DNA from: a virus
Taxonomy: Duplodnaviria; Caudoviricetes
IMG/VR virus record: IMGVR_UViG_3300021185_002716
Coordinates: 1-56,075 of that record
Length of the DNA: 56,075 nt
Reading direction: 5' to 3' (one strand)
Shown here: piece by piece, positions 37,990 to 46,641 of the stretch
Layout: the number at the start of each line of letters is the position of its first letter
Numbering within the stretch: position 1 is the stretch's first letter
Notes under the pieces: generated by a model
Databases searched by the model: none
Seen by the model: only the letters and a program-made list of their open reading frames with translations
Told to the model about the DNA's origin: nothing
Position numbers and translations under genes: made by a program

Positions 37990-38385
37990 ATGAGTAGCCT
38001 AAATGAACATGACGGATTTCGCTCTGTAATACCAAAGAAGACCTGTAATGTATGCGGTAAAGAAAAGAGGGCGGATAGGTTTAGGGGTCGTGAAATAAAA
38101 ACCTGTAAGAAGTGTGAGTTTCGTTGGTACCTTAGACTACTTAGGTATTTAGTAAAAGAAAGAAAACTAACCCCCGTAGAGAGAATTGCAAATCGACTGG
38201 GGTACATGGGGACCGCCTTTATAATGATGTCCCCCTATCTCTTGAAGCATGATGATGTTGGTGCGGTTACATATGTTATTGGTGGCATTCTTTCTTTACC
38301 ACAAGTCTTTGTTGCAAAGCAATGGAATATTGTTGCAGTCAACCTTAATGTAACTATCGGATACTTAATTTATATAATGTTATGA
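37990..38385 (+). CDS. Zn-ribbon plus membrane domain protein
   Basis: CNVC...CKKC then ~3 short hydrophobic segments containing LPQV. Confidence 0.6.
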   Translation: MSSLNEHDGFRSVIPKKTCNVCGKEKRADRFRGREIKTCKKCEFRWYLRLLRYLVKERKLTPVERIANRLGYMGTAFIMMSPYLLKHDDVGAVTYVIGGILSLPQVFVAKQWNIVAVNLNVTIGYLIYIML

Positions 38386-38657
38386 AAAAACATGTTAAAT
38401 TATATCACGAGCACTTTTTATATCAACCCGGAGATTGGATAGGGTGTGAGGTTTGTGACACTACAGCCGTAGATATACACCATATTGATCCAAGAGGGAT
38501 GGGTGGATCTAACTCAAAGGACGATCCAGAAAACTTAATGGCACTATGTAGAGAGTGTCACACGATGTTTGGTGACAAAAAGAAGTTCAAGAGAATGCTT
38601 AAAAAAATGCACTATGAACGAGTCAATGATACAATCAAATCCCTTAGAGGCAATTGA
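38382..38657 (+). CDS. small HNH endonuclease
   Basis: CEVC...DIHHI...GG...ENLMALCRECH. Confidence 0.88.
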   Translation: MKKHVKLYHEHFLYQPGDWIGCEVCDTTAVDIHHIDPRGMGGSNSKDDPENLMALCRECHTMFGDKKKFKRMLKKMHYERVNDTIKSLRGN

Positions 38658-38757
38658 ACTGCCTAAACAACTTCTAGGTGAATATATCTTACAAATGAAG
38701 ATAGATTGTCCATATCACCCTGCGATAAAAATTCTTCAAATACATTGGGACCAGATG

Positions 38758-38943
38758 TTATAAGTTCTCTACTGCTTTAGAGATTTTGTCTACAACGGCC
38801 ATTTTAACACCATAAAGATCTGGTGAGTTTGCATTTTCTAATGCTGCTAGTACATCAAGCAATAATTCTAACTTTCTAATCGCTAACACATCCACTGCGT
38901 TTTGATCACTTAATACAAATTGGGAATTATTATCATATGACAT
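38758..38943 (-). CDS. hypothetical protein
   Basis: 61-aa helical ORF, last of the leftward block. Confidence 0.55.
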   Translation of the reverse strand: MSYDNNSQFVLSDQNAVDVLAIRKLELLLDVLAALENANSPDLYGVKMAVVDKISKAVENL

Positions 38944-38944
38944 A

Positions 38945-39202
38945 CTATACTTTTTTTAATGGTTTAACTTTAGTGGGGGTTGGGCCACTATTACTTTTCT
39001 TTTTCTTTTCAGCCTTTTTCTTGGCAAGTTTGCTTTTAGATATCTCACGAACTGTTACTGGAGTTGTTGAGTCTACCCTATTAGTTGGCCTACAATATTT
39101 ACCGGTTGATCCTACAGAACCTCCCTCACCACAAGCCTCGCCTGTTGATGTATTGATCCAGTTCTCTTTGAACCATTTTCTGAGACCACCCTCGTATGCC
39201 AT
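38945..39202 (-). CDS. small basic phage protein (GLRKWFKENW...CG...YCRP family)
   Basis: Recurring aquatic-phage motif recognised by eye. Confidence 0.7.
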   Translation of the reverse strand: MAYEGGLRKWFKENWINTSTGEACGEGGSVGSTGKYCRPTNRVDSTTPVTVREISKSKLAKKKAEKKKKSNSGPTPTKVKPLKKV

Positions 39203-39408
39203 TATTTTTTATTTTCCTTGAGTTTTTTTCTAATCAACTTGATGGCTTTCAACCCAAATTTAACACCTTTCTTAAAAGCACCACCTCCACCGATGAGTCC
39301 ATTGCCCAAGGTACCTCCAAGCCTTGTGCTTTCTGGTGTAATACCAAAATCAGAGATTGGTCTTAGTTCACCCTTTTTAACTTTTTTAATACTTGAATAA
39401 CCTGGCAT
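39202..39408 (-). CDS. small basic Gly-rich protein
   Basis: 68 aa, TAATG coupling. Confidence 0.55.
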   Translation of the reverse strand: MPGYSSIKKVKKGELRPISDFGITPESTRLGGTLGNGLIGGGGAFKKGVKFGLKAIKLIRKKLKENKK

Positions 39409-39411
39409 AAC

Positions 39412-39771
39412 TTATTTCTTTGAATTTTTAAATTGAAACTTTTCACCAGTTATAGATAGTTTTTCTATAACTTCATTTTGAAGGGATCTCAATAACGCCT
39501 CCAACTTATCTTTTTCTACAACCATAGCGGACACTTTATCTTCTAGAGCCTCGTTCTTTGCCTTCAGGGCCTCCACCTCTTCAGGGTTCTTACCAATGAA
39601 TGTGTATATAACTACAGATAAAGACCCAACAAGCATACCGACAATAACTTTAAATATGTCGTTATTTGTATCAGGAATTTCTTTAAATGCCAGAAATAAT
39701 AACAACCCCATTACCATTGCAAATACTGTTGCTGCTCCTATATAGCCCCTAAGTTCTTTATCTTTAAACAT
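39412..39771 (-). CDS. two-TM plus coiled-coil membrane protein
   Basis: Two hydrophobic helices around EIPDTNNDIF, then coiled coil. Confidence 0.7.
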   Translation of the reverse strand: MFKDKELRGYIGAATVFAMVMGLLLFLAFKEIPDTNNDIFKVIVGMLVGSLSVVIYTFIGKNPEEVEALKAKNEALEDKVSAMVVEKDKLEALLRSLQNEVIEKLSITGEKFQFKNSKK

Positions 39772-40175
39772 TACTTATAATATTTTTTTATTTGATTGTC
39801 TCCCCTACGAGACATTCTCTTTTTAATCCTCTTATATCTCTTTTCAGAAATATTTTTTTCTTTGCTTTTGTTTCTTCCGTTGACGGTTCTGTTTCTCAAT
39901 AACATGAAAGTTCCATCATCGTTCTTAACAACACCTTTATAAACCTGTTTACTAACCTCTCTGTCACCTGTCAAGCCAACACCACTCTTGTTCTTCAATT
40001 TTAGTTTTCCGGCTGAATTGTCATCTGTGCTGAAGGTTTTTTGCTTGAACCTGCTTTTGCTTTTTTCGTTTTTATTTTTAAGGTTTAGTGCAGCCACATT
40101 GGACACAACTGCGTTAGTGGACACAACTTTAGGGCCTGGCTTATTCTTTTTAATTTTTTTAGGCTCCATACTCAT
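39771..40175 (-). CDS. Lys-rich basic protein
   Basis: 134 aa, TAATG coupling on both sides. Confidence 0.6.
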   Translation of the reverse strand: MSMEPKKIKKNKPGPKVVSTNAVVSNVAALNLKNKNEKSKSRFKQKTFSTDDNSAGKLKLKNKSGVGLTGDREVSKQVYKGVVKNDDGTFMLLRNRTVNGRNKSKEKNISEKRYKRIKKRMSRRGDNQIKKYYK

Positions 40176-40357
40176 TACTTTCCTATTTTTTTCATTGCTA
40201 TTTCGTGAGCCTCACTAAAAGACTTACCATTTCTCATTACCCCAATCATGTATTTCATATGTTCCATAGAGTGATGACTAGAGTGTTTCTTCATAGTGGC
40301 TTGTTCTTTTTTCGACAAACCATCCATATCTAATTTTTTTATTTTTTTTATCGCCAT
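40175..40357 (-). CDS. small His/Met-rich protein
   Basis: MKKHSSHHSMEHMKYM...GKSFSEAHEIAMKKIGK. Confidence 0.7.
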   Translation of the reverse strand: MAIKKIKKLDMDGLSKKEQATMKKHSSHHSMEHMKYMIGVMRNGKSFSEAHEIAMKKIGK

Positions 40358-40503
40358 GATCCACCTTTTGATTTATACCACTTACTTGCCCAAGCATTTG
40401 CATACGCACTTGGGTAAACCTTAAACTTTTTTTTGGCAGCAGAAATTGCTCTGCTCCATAGATCAGGTTGTGTGGGTTTTGGTTTTTTAATTTTTTTTGC
40501 CAT
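40348..40503 (-). CDS. 51-aa basic protein (not in ORF track)
   Basis: MAKKIKKPKPTQPDLWSRAISAAKKKFKVYPSAYANAWASKWYKSKGGSWR*. Confidence 0.75.
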   Translation of the reverse strand: MAKKIKKPKPTQPDLWSRAISAAKKKFKVYPSAYANAWASKWYKSKGGSWR

Positions 40504-40512
40504 AATTAAAAT

Positions 40513-40680
40513 TTATGATCCACATCCAATACAATCAATATGAGAATCGGTTGGCTTTACGCCATTGATCTTCATTTTGATGTTATGTATCTTATCAGCA
40601 ATCTCCATTTGTAAACCAAAATCATCTGTCTTGGTTTTCATGATTTCTAACTCCTGAATTTCTTTTTCTAGATCTTTCAT
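40513..40680 (-). CDS. 55-aa protein ending CIGCGS (not in ORF track)
   Basis: MKDLEKEIQELEIMKTKTDDFGLQMEIADKIHNIKMKINGVKPTDSHIDCIGCGS*. Confidence 0.7.
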   Translation of the reverse strand: MKDLEKEIQELEIMKTKTDDFGLQMEIADKIHNIKMKINGVKPTDSHIDCIGCGS

Positions 40681-41603
40681 TAACTCCAGTCTGTTTTACC
40701 TCTTGTTGTAGTTGATCCTGAGGCAGAACCTCTTCCAACAAGAAAATCATATCCGTTCTCTCTTGCCCACTTTATAGCATCCTTTTCCGAACTCATATTT
40801 TTAAACACTTTCTCAAGTTCATCAGGGCTTACGTCAGCACCTCTTTCTTTTAATTTCCTAGACATTCTTGATATACTGGCCGGATTGAATTTACTACTCC
40901 AGTGGTTTGTTTTCTCAAAATCCTCTCTGTCCTGAGTAATAGTTTCCTGTTTGGTTACAGGAACTAACTTTTTGGAAGTAACGGTTTCTGTGGTGTTTTG
41001 ACTTGCTCTAAATGCTTCAGCCGCTTCTCTAAATTCTCCAATGGTCGGGTATTTATCTTTTAATCCAGGATCGGATTCATAGACCTCTTTGTCTGTTTTT
41101 CCGGTTGATACACCATCATTAAATTTTTTTTCAATAACCTTGGTGTCCTCAACCTCTTCCATGCTTGTTTTGTCGATAGTTCTAAACCTTTGATTTGCGG
41201 AGTCTTTATCTCCACCCACATAGGTCCAGTTCATATCTTCTTCTTCTTTTTGCTGTTGTTCTTTTTCTTGGTTTTTGCGAGAGACATAATCGTCACCCTC
41301 TTTTTGTAGAGCAGCCCTTTCTTTCTTTTCTTTTTCTATTTGTTGCTTTTTTTCGTCAATACGTTCTCTTCTGATGGCGGTAGAGGAAGCCCTTGCAAGA
41401 TTAAATTCGGAGTCCGTGTCTATCCCAGAGTCGGTGAGTGCTTTCTGCTCTCTTTTAGAATCAGCACTACTTTCTTGTGCTTTTGTCATCTCTTCCATTT
41501 CCCTAAGTCTTTCTAAAGTTCTAGCAAGTTTTGCATTACGATCAGCAGCCTTCTTTTCCTCAAGAGCCTTTTTCTTATTAATGGGTTTTGTTTTTTCAGA
41601 CAT
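40680..41603 (-). CDS. charged coiled-coil protein
   Basis: 307 aa, E/K-rich. Confidence 0.65.
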   Translation of the reverse strand: MSEKTKPINKKKALEEKKAADRNAKLARTLERLREMEEMTKAQESSADSKREQKALTDSGIDTDSEFNLARASSTAIRRERIDEKKQQIEKEKKERAALQKEGDDYVSRKNQEKEQQQKEEEDMNWTYVGGDKDSANQRFRTIDKTSMEEVEDTKVIEKKFNDGVSTGKTDKEVYESDPGLKDKYPTIGEFREAAEAFRASQNTTETVTSKKLVPVTKQETITQDREDFEKTNHWSSKFNPASISRMSRKLKERGADVSPDELEKVFKNMSSEKDAIKWARENGYDFLVGRGSASGSTTTRGKTDWS

Positions 41604-41605
41604 AA

Positions 41606-41827
41606 TTATAAATTTAATGAATCACTAATAGCGTTATAGTTAACAGTGCTTTGAATCGGAGTAGGTCCAGGCATTGAATCACCATACTTTTCTTTGTTTG
41701 CTGCATAATTTGCTGCTATCTTCTCAGAGCGTCTCTTTCTTTCAGCCTTGCGAACCATTTTTTTTATAGGACGATACTTTTTTCGGATCAACCTTTTAGC
41801 CACTCTCAATGCTTTTCCTTTACCCAT
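41606..41827 (-). CDS. small basic protein
   Basis: 73 aa, K/R-rich N-terminus. Confidence 0.6.
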   Translation of the reverse strand: MGKGKALRVAKRLIRKKYRPIKKMVRKAERKRRSEKIAANYAANKEKYGDSMPGPTPIQSTVNYNAISDSLNL

Positions 41828-41829
41828 TA

Positions 41830-41916
41830 TTAATATTTTTTACAACTGCTGCAAGAGGATTTCATCTTACCGCATGTTTTACATCTTTTCTTTTTTTTAA
41901 TTTTTCCGTACGCCAT
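41830..41916 (-). CDS. 28-aa basic Cys-rich peptide (not in ORF track)
   Basis: MAYGKIKKKKRCKTCGKMKSSCSSCKKY*; fills the gap between neighbours. Confidence 0.5.
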   Translation of the reverse strand: MAYGKIKKKKRCKTCGKMKSSCSSCKKY

Positions 41917-41920
41917 GATA

Positions 41921-43030
41921 CTATAATTTTAAATTCAAACCTGCTTTTATATAAACCAAGTCTTTGTCCCAGAACTTAGTTTTTTCATACTCGGTGAATA
42001 TACCTATTCTCTTATTGATGTTCCATCCAAAAATAATCCCGTAATTATAATCAACCCAGTCATCACTTCCGATAAAGGTTTCATAACTAAATTCTTCATC
42101 TCCATGTATATGTTTGTGTTTAGGAAATAAGTTTCCCCAACTATGAACCCATAAGTTATCTCTGTAGTGATAATAATCTACACCGACTACAGCAGATAAG
42201 GTTCCTAAAATTCCAATAGCATCTAGCATTGTTTTATTATAGTCATTAACAATTTTAGTATAATCATTTCTACGAAAATCTAAATCTGTATCTGCAACTC
42301 TTTCACCGTCTTCGTCTACCCAATACCAATCTGATTGATCAATTTGCCCGTCAAAGTCTGCGTCAATACCGTAGCCCACATCTTGAAATCCATAATTATA
42401 TGCTAGGTCCCACCAGTTTGCAGGATACTCATTACCGTCATCATCAACCAACATTGAGTTTAAATATTCATCAATAGGATTATATCCGTATGGCTTATGA
42501 GTTCTAACCGCAACTCCGGCAGATAAACTAAACTTTTTTCCAATAGGTAATCTTAGTCTTAAATCTGCTGTTTTATAATTAAGAGATATTAGCCCGTTGT
42601 TTTGCATTTCAACTCTGCCTATCCAATACTTGGCAATGTACCTTATTAAATATCTTTCGCTTTTAAAGTCCCTACCCTGTTGTCTTCCTTTACTATATTG
42701 AAATAAATATTCCAAACCTTTGATGTTCCCTATGTTACTGGATAAGGATGAGTTTTGCTCACTACCATCATAAAACCTATTAGTTCTGTTTTCATAATCC
42801 ATACGAGCAATTTTTCTTATACCATATGAAACAACATAGTCATTTGATCTTTCTGCCGTCACATCTCTTACCTCACCGTCCTGTGTAACAAAATACATAG
42901 GCGTAGTAAAAAGAGGACTGGTTTCTGTATACGAACCAAATACTGTAGAATATTTAAAAACATCTCTTAATATCTGAGCGTCAACCGATGTGCTAAACAG
43001 AACTAATAATAATAGTAATTTTTTCATCAA
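41921..43030 (-). CDS. putative outer-membrane beta-barrel protein
   Basis: Sec signal MKKLLLLLVLFSTSVDA-Q; alternating aromatic strands; ends YIKAGLNLKL. Confidence 0.7.
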   Translation of the reverse strand: MMKKLLLLLVLFSTSVDAQILRDVFKYSTVFGSYTETSPLFTTPMYFVTQDGEVRDVTAERSNDYVVSYGIRKIARMDYENRTNRFYDGSEQNSSLSSNIGNIKGLEYLFQYSKGRQQGRDFKSERYLIRYIAKYWIGRVEMQNNGLISLNYKTADLRLRLPIGKKFSLSAGVAVRTHKPYGYNPIDEYLNSMLVDDDGNEYPANWWDLAYNYGFQDVGYGIDADFDGQIDQSDWYWVDEDGERVADTDLDFRRNDYTKIVNDYNKTMLDAIGILGTLSAVVGVDYYHYRDNLWVHSWGNLFPKHKHIHGDEEFSYETFIGSDDWVDYNYGIIFGWNINKRIGIFTEYEKTKFWDKDLVYIKAGLNLKL

Positions 43031-43368
43031 AACTTATTTCCGATTAATTCTTCTACTTTCTTTCTTATTTTTTTACCAGTTCCTTCTGGGAATGCCATTG
43101 ATATACCAGTTTCAACTCTCATAATCTCTTTACCGTTTTGGTAAACAAGAACTGTAGGCAGGTATTCTATCTTCTCTCTGATAAAGTAAACCTTATTTTT
43201 TTCTATATAGAAAGTGTATGTACTACAATCTTTTAGTTTTTTTAAGTCTATTTCTGAGTCCTTTACAAAACTTGCAGAGAATTGAACCACACTAATGTCT
43301 TCCTTAAATTCTTGTCCGTATGCAACCGAAGCAAGTAACAGGAATATTATTGTGATTATTGATTTCAT
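43027..43368 (-). CDS. exported thioredoxin-fold protein without CxxC
   Basis: Signal peptide; VVQFSASF and IEYLPTVLVYQNGKEIMR thioredoxin pattern. Confidence 0.7.
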   Translation of the reverse strand: MKSIITIIFLLLASVAYGQEFKEDISVVQFSASFVKDSEIDLKKLKDCSTYTFYIEKNKVYFIREKIEYLPTVLVYQNGKEIMRVETGISMAFPEGTGKKIRKKVEELIGNKF

Positions 43369-43370
43369 GG

Positions 43371-43670
43371 TTATCTACTTAAGTCATATAGTCTCTCCTC
43401 CATCTTTGCAAGGCTCTCCTTTATTTCTGTTATATCCTCTTTGATGGTGTTTACATCCGCTTGGACACCCTCAACTACCGATCTTGTCAATTTGTCTTTA
43501 TAGGAAAACTCAATTTTAGAAACCTCTGGTGCGGGCTCAAGCATTGCTTGGTCAATTTGAGCAGACAATCGGAAATATGTTCCCGCCATGCTAATTGAGA
43601 AGAAAATAATTAAACCTACAGTTTTGAGATCTAATTGTACTTTTGTTGATTCTGAAATTTCAGTTGCCAT
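43371..43670 (-). CDS. single-TM coiled-coil protein
   Basis: EISESTKVQLDLKT + TM + coiled coil; similar to 21598..21900. Confidence 0.65.
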   Translation of the reverse strand: MATEISESTKVQLDLKTVGLIIFFSISMAGTYFRLSAQIDQAMLEPAPEVSKIEFSYKDKLTRSVVEGVQADVNTIKEDITEIKESLAKMEERLYDLSR

Positions 43671-43673
43671 ATT

Positions 43674-43919
43674 TTACCATGTTTTGCAAGCCCAATATCT
43701 CGCCTTCCAACGAGGGCCTGGATTGTCACAATTATGTCTTGCTCTAAAAGACTTTCTTCTAGAGGGTATATTCTTTTTAATTCTCATGTTTGGATCTCCA
43801 AAGTGAACAACCGTAACCTTGCCGTTAGGTTTTTTCACATACACCTTGCTTTTTTTAGCAGGACGTTCTGATTTCATAATCTTGTTAAGCGTAACTTGCT
43901 TACCCTGATAGAGAGCCAT
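43674..43919 (-). CDS. small basic phage protein (HFGDPNM...RKSFRARHNC...ARYWAC family)
   Basis: Recurring aquatic-phage motif recognised by eye. Confidence 0.75.
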   Translation of the reverse strand: MALYQGKQVTLNKIMKSERPAKKSKVYVKKPNGKVTVVHFGDPNMRIKKNIPSRRKSFRARHNCDNPGPRWKARYWACKTW

Positions 43920-44062
43920 AACCCATAAATTAAGCGTAAATATAATCTTTGGCCTCTGTTACGCTGTAAAAATTTTATACCCAAAATGATGTATCAAAAC
44001 TGAAAGTTAAATTTTTACATGTGTACAGATTTTAAATTTTATTTTTACCGAAAACCAACAGT

Positions 44063-44659
44063 ATGTCCTTGAGTGAGATCTTCAATAAGGAAGACTTTGA
44101 TAAAATGATCTTTAACCCATTCAAGGTAAAGAGCACATTGAAGAAAGCATTCCCAAAAATAAAAATGTTTAAGTCGTTTGAACTCGCTGATGATCAAATG
44201 ATTGCTTATGTTCTTTACATGTATGACCAAAACACTCCACTTAAAGAGCAATTTCCAGATCTAAAAATTAGAAAAGAGCAAGCCGCTATTTTGTCTGGAT
44301 ATAGTTTAACCAAGGATGGTACGTTTTTACATGACCTATTTTTCTTTGTATCAGAAAAATTAGTTCAGATGGTGGATGAGTTTTTAAGAAAGCAAAACAA
44401 CAGAATATGGTCTATGATAGTTTCAAACGAACAAACATTCTTTGAGTATCAAACCAAACTATTGAGTCCGGTGGAGGGTGAGCGGGATAAGGATATACTT
44501 CAAGCCTTGCAAATTAAATCTAAAATTATGGATGACCTCAATACTATTAATGATAGGTTGGATTCGTACTATATGAAACTGTACGGTGAGGATCAGGAGT
44601 TGCTTAAGGTAATAAAAGCAGACAAAAGATTGACACCAGAATTTATTGCAAATTTATGA
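44063..44659 (+). CDS. putative terminase small subunit
   Basis: 198-aa helical ORF coupled by ATGA overlap to TerL; call is positional. Confidence 0.5.
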   Translation: MSLSEIFNKEDFDKMIFNPFKVKSTLKKAFPKIKMFKSFELADDQMIAYVLYMYDQNTPLKEQFPDLKIRKEQAAILSGYSLTKDGTFLHDLFFFVSEKLVQMVDEFLRKQNNRIWSMIVSNEQTFFEYQTKLLSPVEGERDKDILQALQIKSKIMDDLNTINDRLDSYYMKLYGEDQELLKVIKADKRLTPEFIANL

Positions 44660-46641
44660 TAGTTAACATTCAGGGAGTTGAATTTACTATTCCCCCAAAG
44701 GGAAAGGTATTTAACGTAATTAGTGGCGAACTTGAGAAAAGACCGTACATAACAAGTTCATCTAAAAAATCCGACCAGGTCTGGATAAGAACTGAATTGC
44801 CTGATAATTATGACTACAAAAGAAATGAAGAGTTATCTAAACAGGCTGAAGACAAAGATTACTTCGATGTTGAGTTAGAAAACTTTAGATCTCAAGAATG
44901 GGACAGGAGACTAAATGGAGTGTGGTTTATGAATAATGGCACCCCTGAATATATAACTGGCTTACATTATTTGTTTTTAAACTGGTGGAAAATAGATATT
45001 GGATACCCAAATTTTAGAAAGGTTGATCAAGAGTATTTTTATTTTTTACAGTCTTGTATAGAAAATCCTGACTGTCTGGGAATGATAGAGTTAACAAAAC
45101 GTAGACAGGGTAAGACGGTTAGGGCGGGTGTTTTTATGTTCGACTTAGTATCTAGATCTAAAAACAAAAACGGAGGAATACAGTCTAAGACCGCTAGTGA
45201 TGCGAAAAATAATGTTTTTGCAAAATCAATAGTTGGCCCATTTAAAAAACTACCAGACTTCTTTAGACCTGTGTATGATCAGTCAAAGGGTGTCACCCCA
45301 ACTTCAGAGTTGAGGTTTTACAGAACAACTAAGCGTGGGAGAAGGTCCTTGGAGGATTTGGGAAAACCAGAACTTGAAAGTCAGATAGATTGGAAGAGTT
45401 CAGATAAGTATGCATATGACGGTACAAAACTACATAGGTACCTTGGTGATGAGGTTGGTAAAACTATGGAGGTTGATGTTTGGGAAAGGCACAATGTTGT
45501 CAGGTTCTGTTCAGAGTTGGATGGTGAATACATCGGAAAATTACTTTATACAACCACTGTCGAGGAAATGGAATCAGGTGGTGAGTCTTTTAAAAGGCTT
45601 TGGGACTCTAGCAACCAAGAAGATAGGAACGCTCATGGTAGAACTGCCAGTGGACTATTTCGATTCTTTACTCCCTCATACAAAACCCTATACTTTGATA
45701 AGTATGGTCACGCAGACGAAGGGCGTGCTAAGGAGTATTATTTGGCTGAGCGTGCAAATCTTGTCAATGATGATCGTGCTCTTTCGAGTATCATTAGAAG
45801 AAATCCCTTCACTGTTGAGGAGGCATTCAGAATAGACGGTGAGCGTTCACTATTCAATGCAATGAAATTAAACGACCAAATAGACAGAATATCTTGGAAC
45901 GATAACTTATATACGGTGGGAAACTTTGAATGGGTTGGCGACAGAGAGACTGGCTACGTTGAGTTTAAGCCAATGAGTAATGGTAGATTTAAGGTGTCAT
46001 ATTTGTTTGATGATCATAAGGACGCAAACAATGTGATAAAAAGAGGGAAGAATTTTTTCCCAACTAAAAAAGGAGATTTCGTTATGGGGTGTGACCCTTA
46101 TGATCATGATTCTACTGTCGACCAAAGAAGGTCCAACGGAGCCTTCTATGTATACAAGAAACACAATTCGATATCAAATTTTTATGACAGTTCTTTTATA
46201 GTTGAATATATTTACCGACCAAGCACCGCAAGACAATTTTACGAAGATGTTTTGAAGTGTTGTCACTACTATTCTTGTGAACTTCTTTTCGAGGATAACA
46301 AGATAGGGATTAAAAATTATTTTGAGGATAGAGGATATTCCTCTTTCTTAATGTATTTACCTGGTAGTACAAAACCTGGGATGAGCGGATCGGTAAAAAC
46401 ACATCAGCAAATTGCAGAAGTAACTGAAGATTATATAGAAACTAATATTGAAAAAGTTTGTTTTCCAGGACTGTTAAAAGACTGGTTAGAGTTTGATATA
46501 AGCAAAACAACAAAATTTGATGCCGCAATGGCTGCAGGATATACACTTATAGCAGACAAAAATATACTCTTAAGAAATTACCAAAGAAAGGGAAATCTTG
46601 TTGAGGCTAAAAAAATGTTTAAAAAGTTTAAGGTAGGATGA
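44656..46641 (+). CDS. terL: terminase large subunit
   Basis: ITGLHYLFLNW, Walker A KRRQGKT, Walker B LGDEVGK, nuclease GCDPYD, FEDNK, KFDAAMA. Confidence 0.92.
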   Translation: MIVNIQGVEFTIPPKGKVFNVISGELEKRPYITSSSKKSDQVWIRTELPDNYDYKRNEELSKQAEDKDYFDVELENFRSQEWDRRLNGVWFMNNGTPEYITGLHYLFLNWWKIDIGYPNFRKVDQEYFYFLQSCIENPDCLGMIELTKRRQGKTVRAGVFMFDLVSRSKNKNGGIQSKTASDAKNNVFAKSIVGPFKKLPDFFRPVYDQSKGVTPTSELRFYRTTKRGRRSLEDLGKPELESQIDWKSSDKYAYDGTKLHRYLGDEVGKTMEVDVWERHNVVRFCSELDGEYIGKLLYTTTVEEMESGGESFKRLWDSSNQEDRNAHGRTASGLFRFFTPSYKTLYFDKYGHADEGRAKEYYLAERANLVNDDRALSSIIRRNPFTVEEAFRIDGERSLFNAMKLNDQIDRISWNDNLYTVGNFEWVGDRETGYVEFKPMSNGRFKVSYLFDDHKDANNVIKRGKNFFPTKKGDFVMGCDPYDHDSTVDQRRSNGAFYVYKKHNSISNFYDSSFIVEYIYRPSTARQFYEDVLKCCHYYSCELLFEDNKIGIKNYFEDRGYSSFLMYLPGSTKPGMSGSVKTHQQIAEVTEDYIETNIEKVCFPGLLKDWLEFDISKTTKFDAAMAAGYTLIADKNILLRNYQRKGNLVEAKKMFKKFKVG

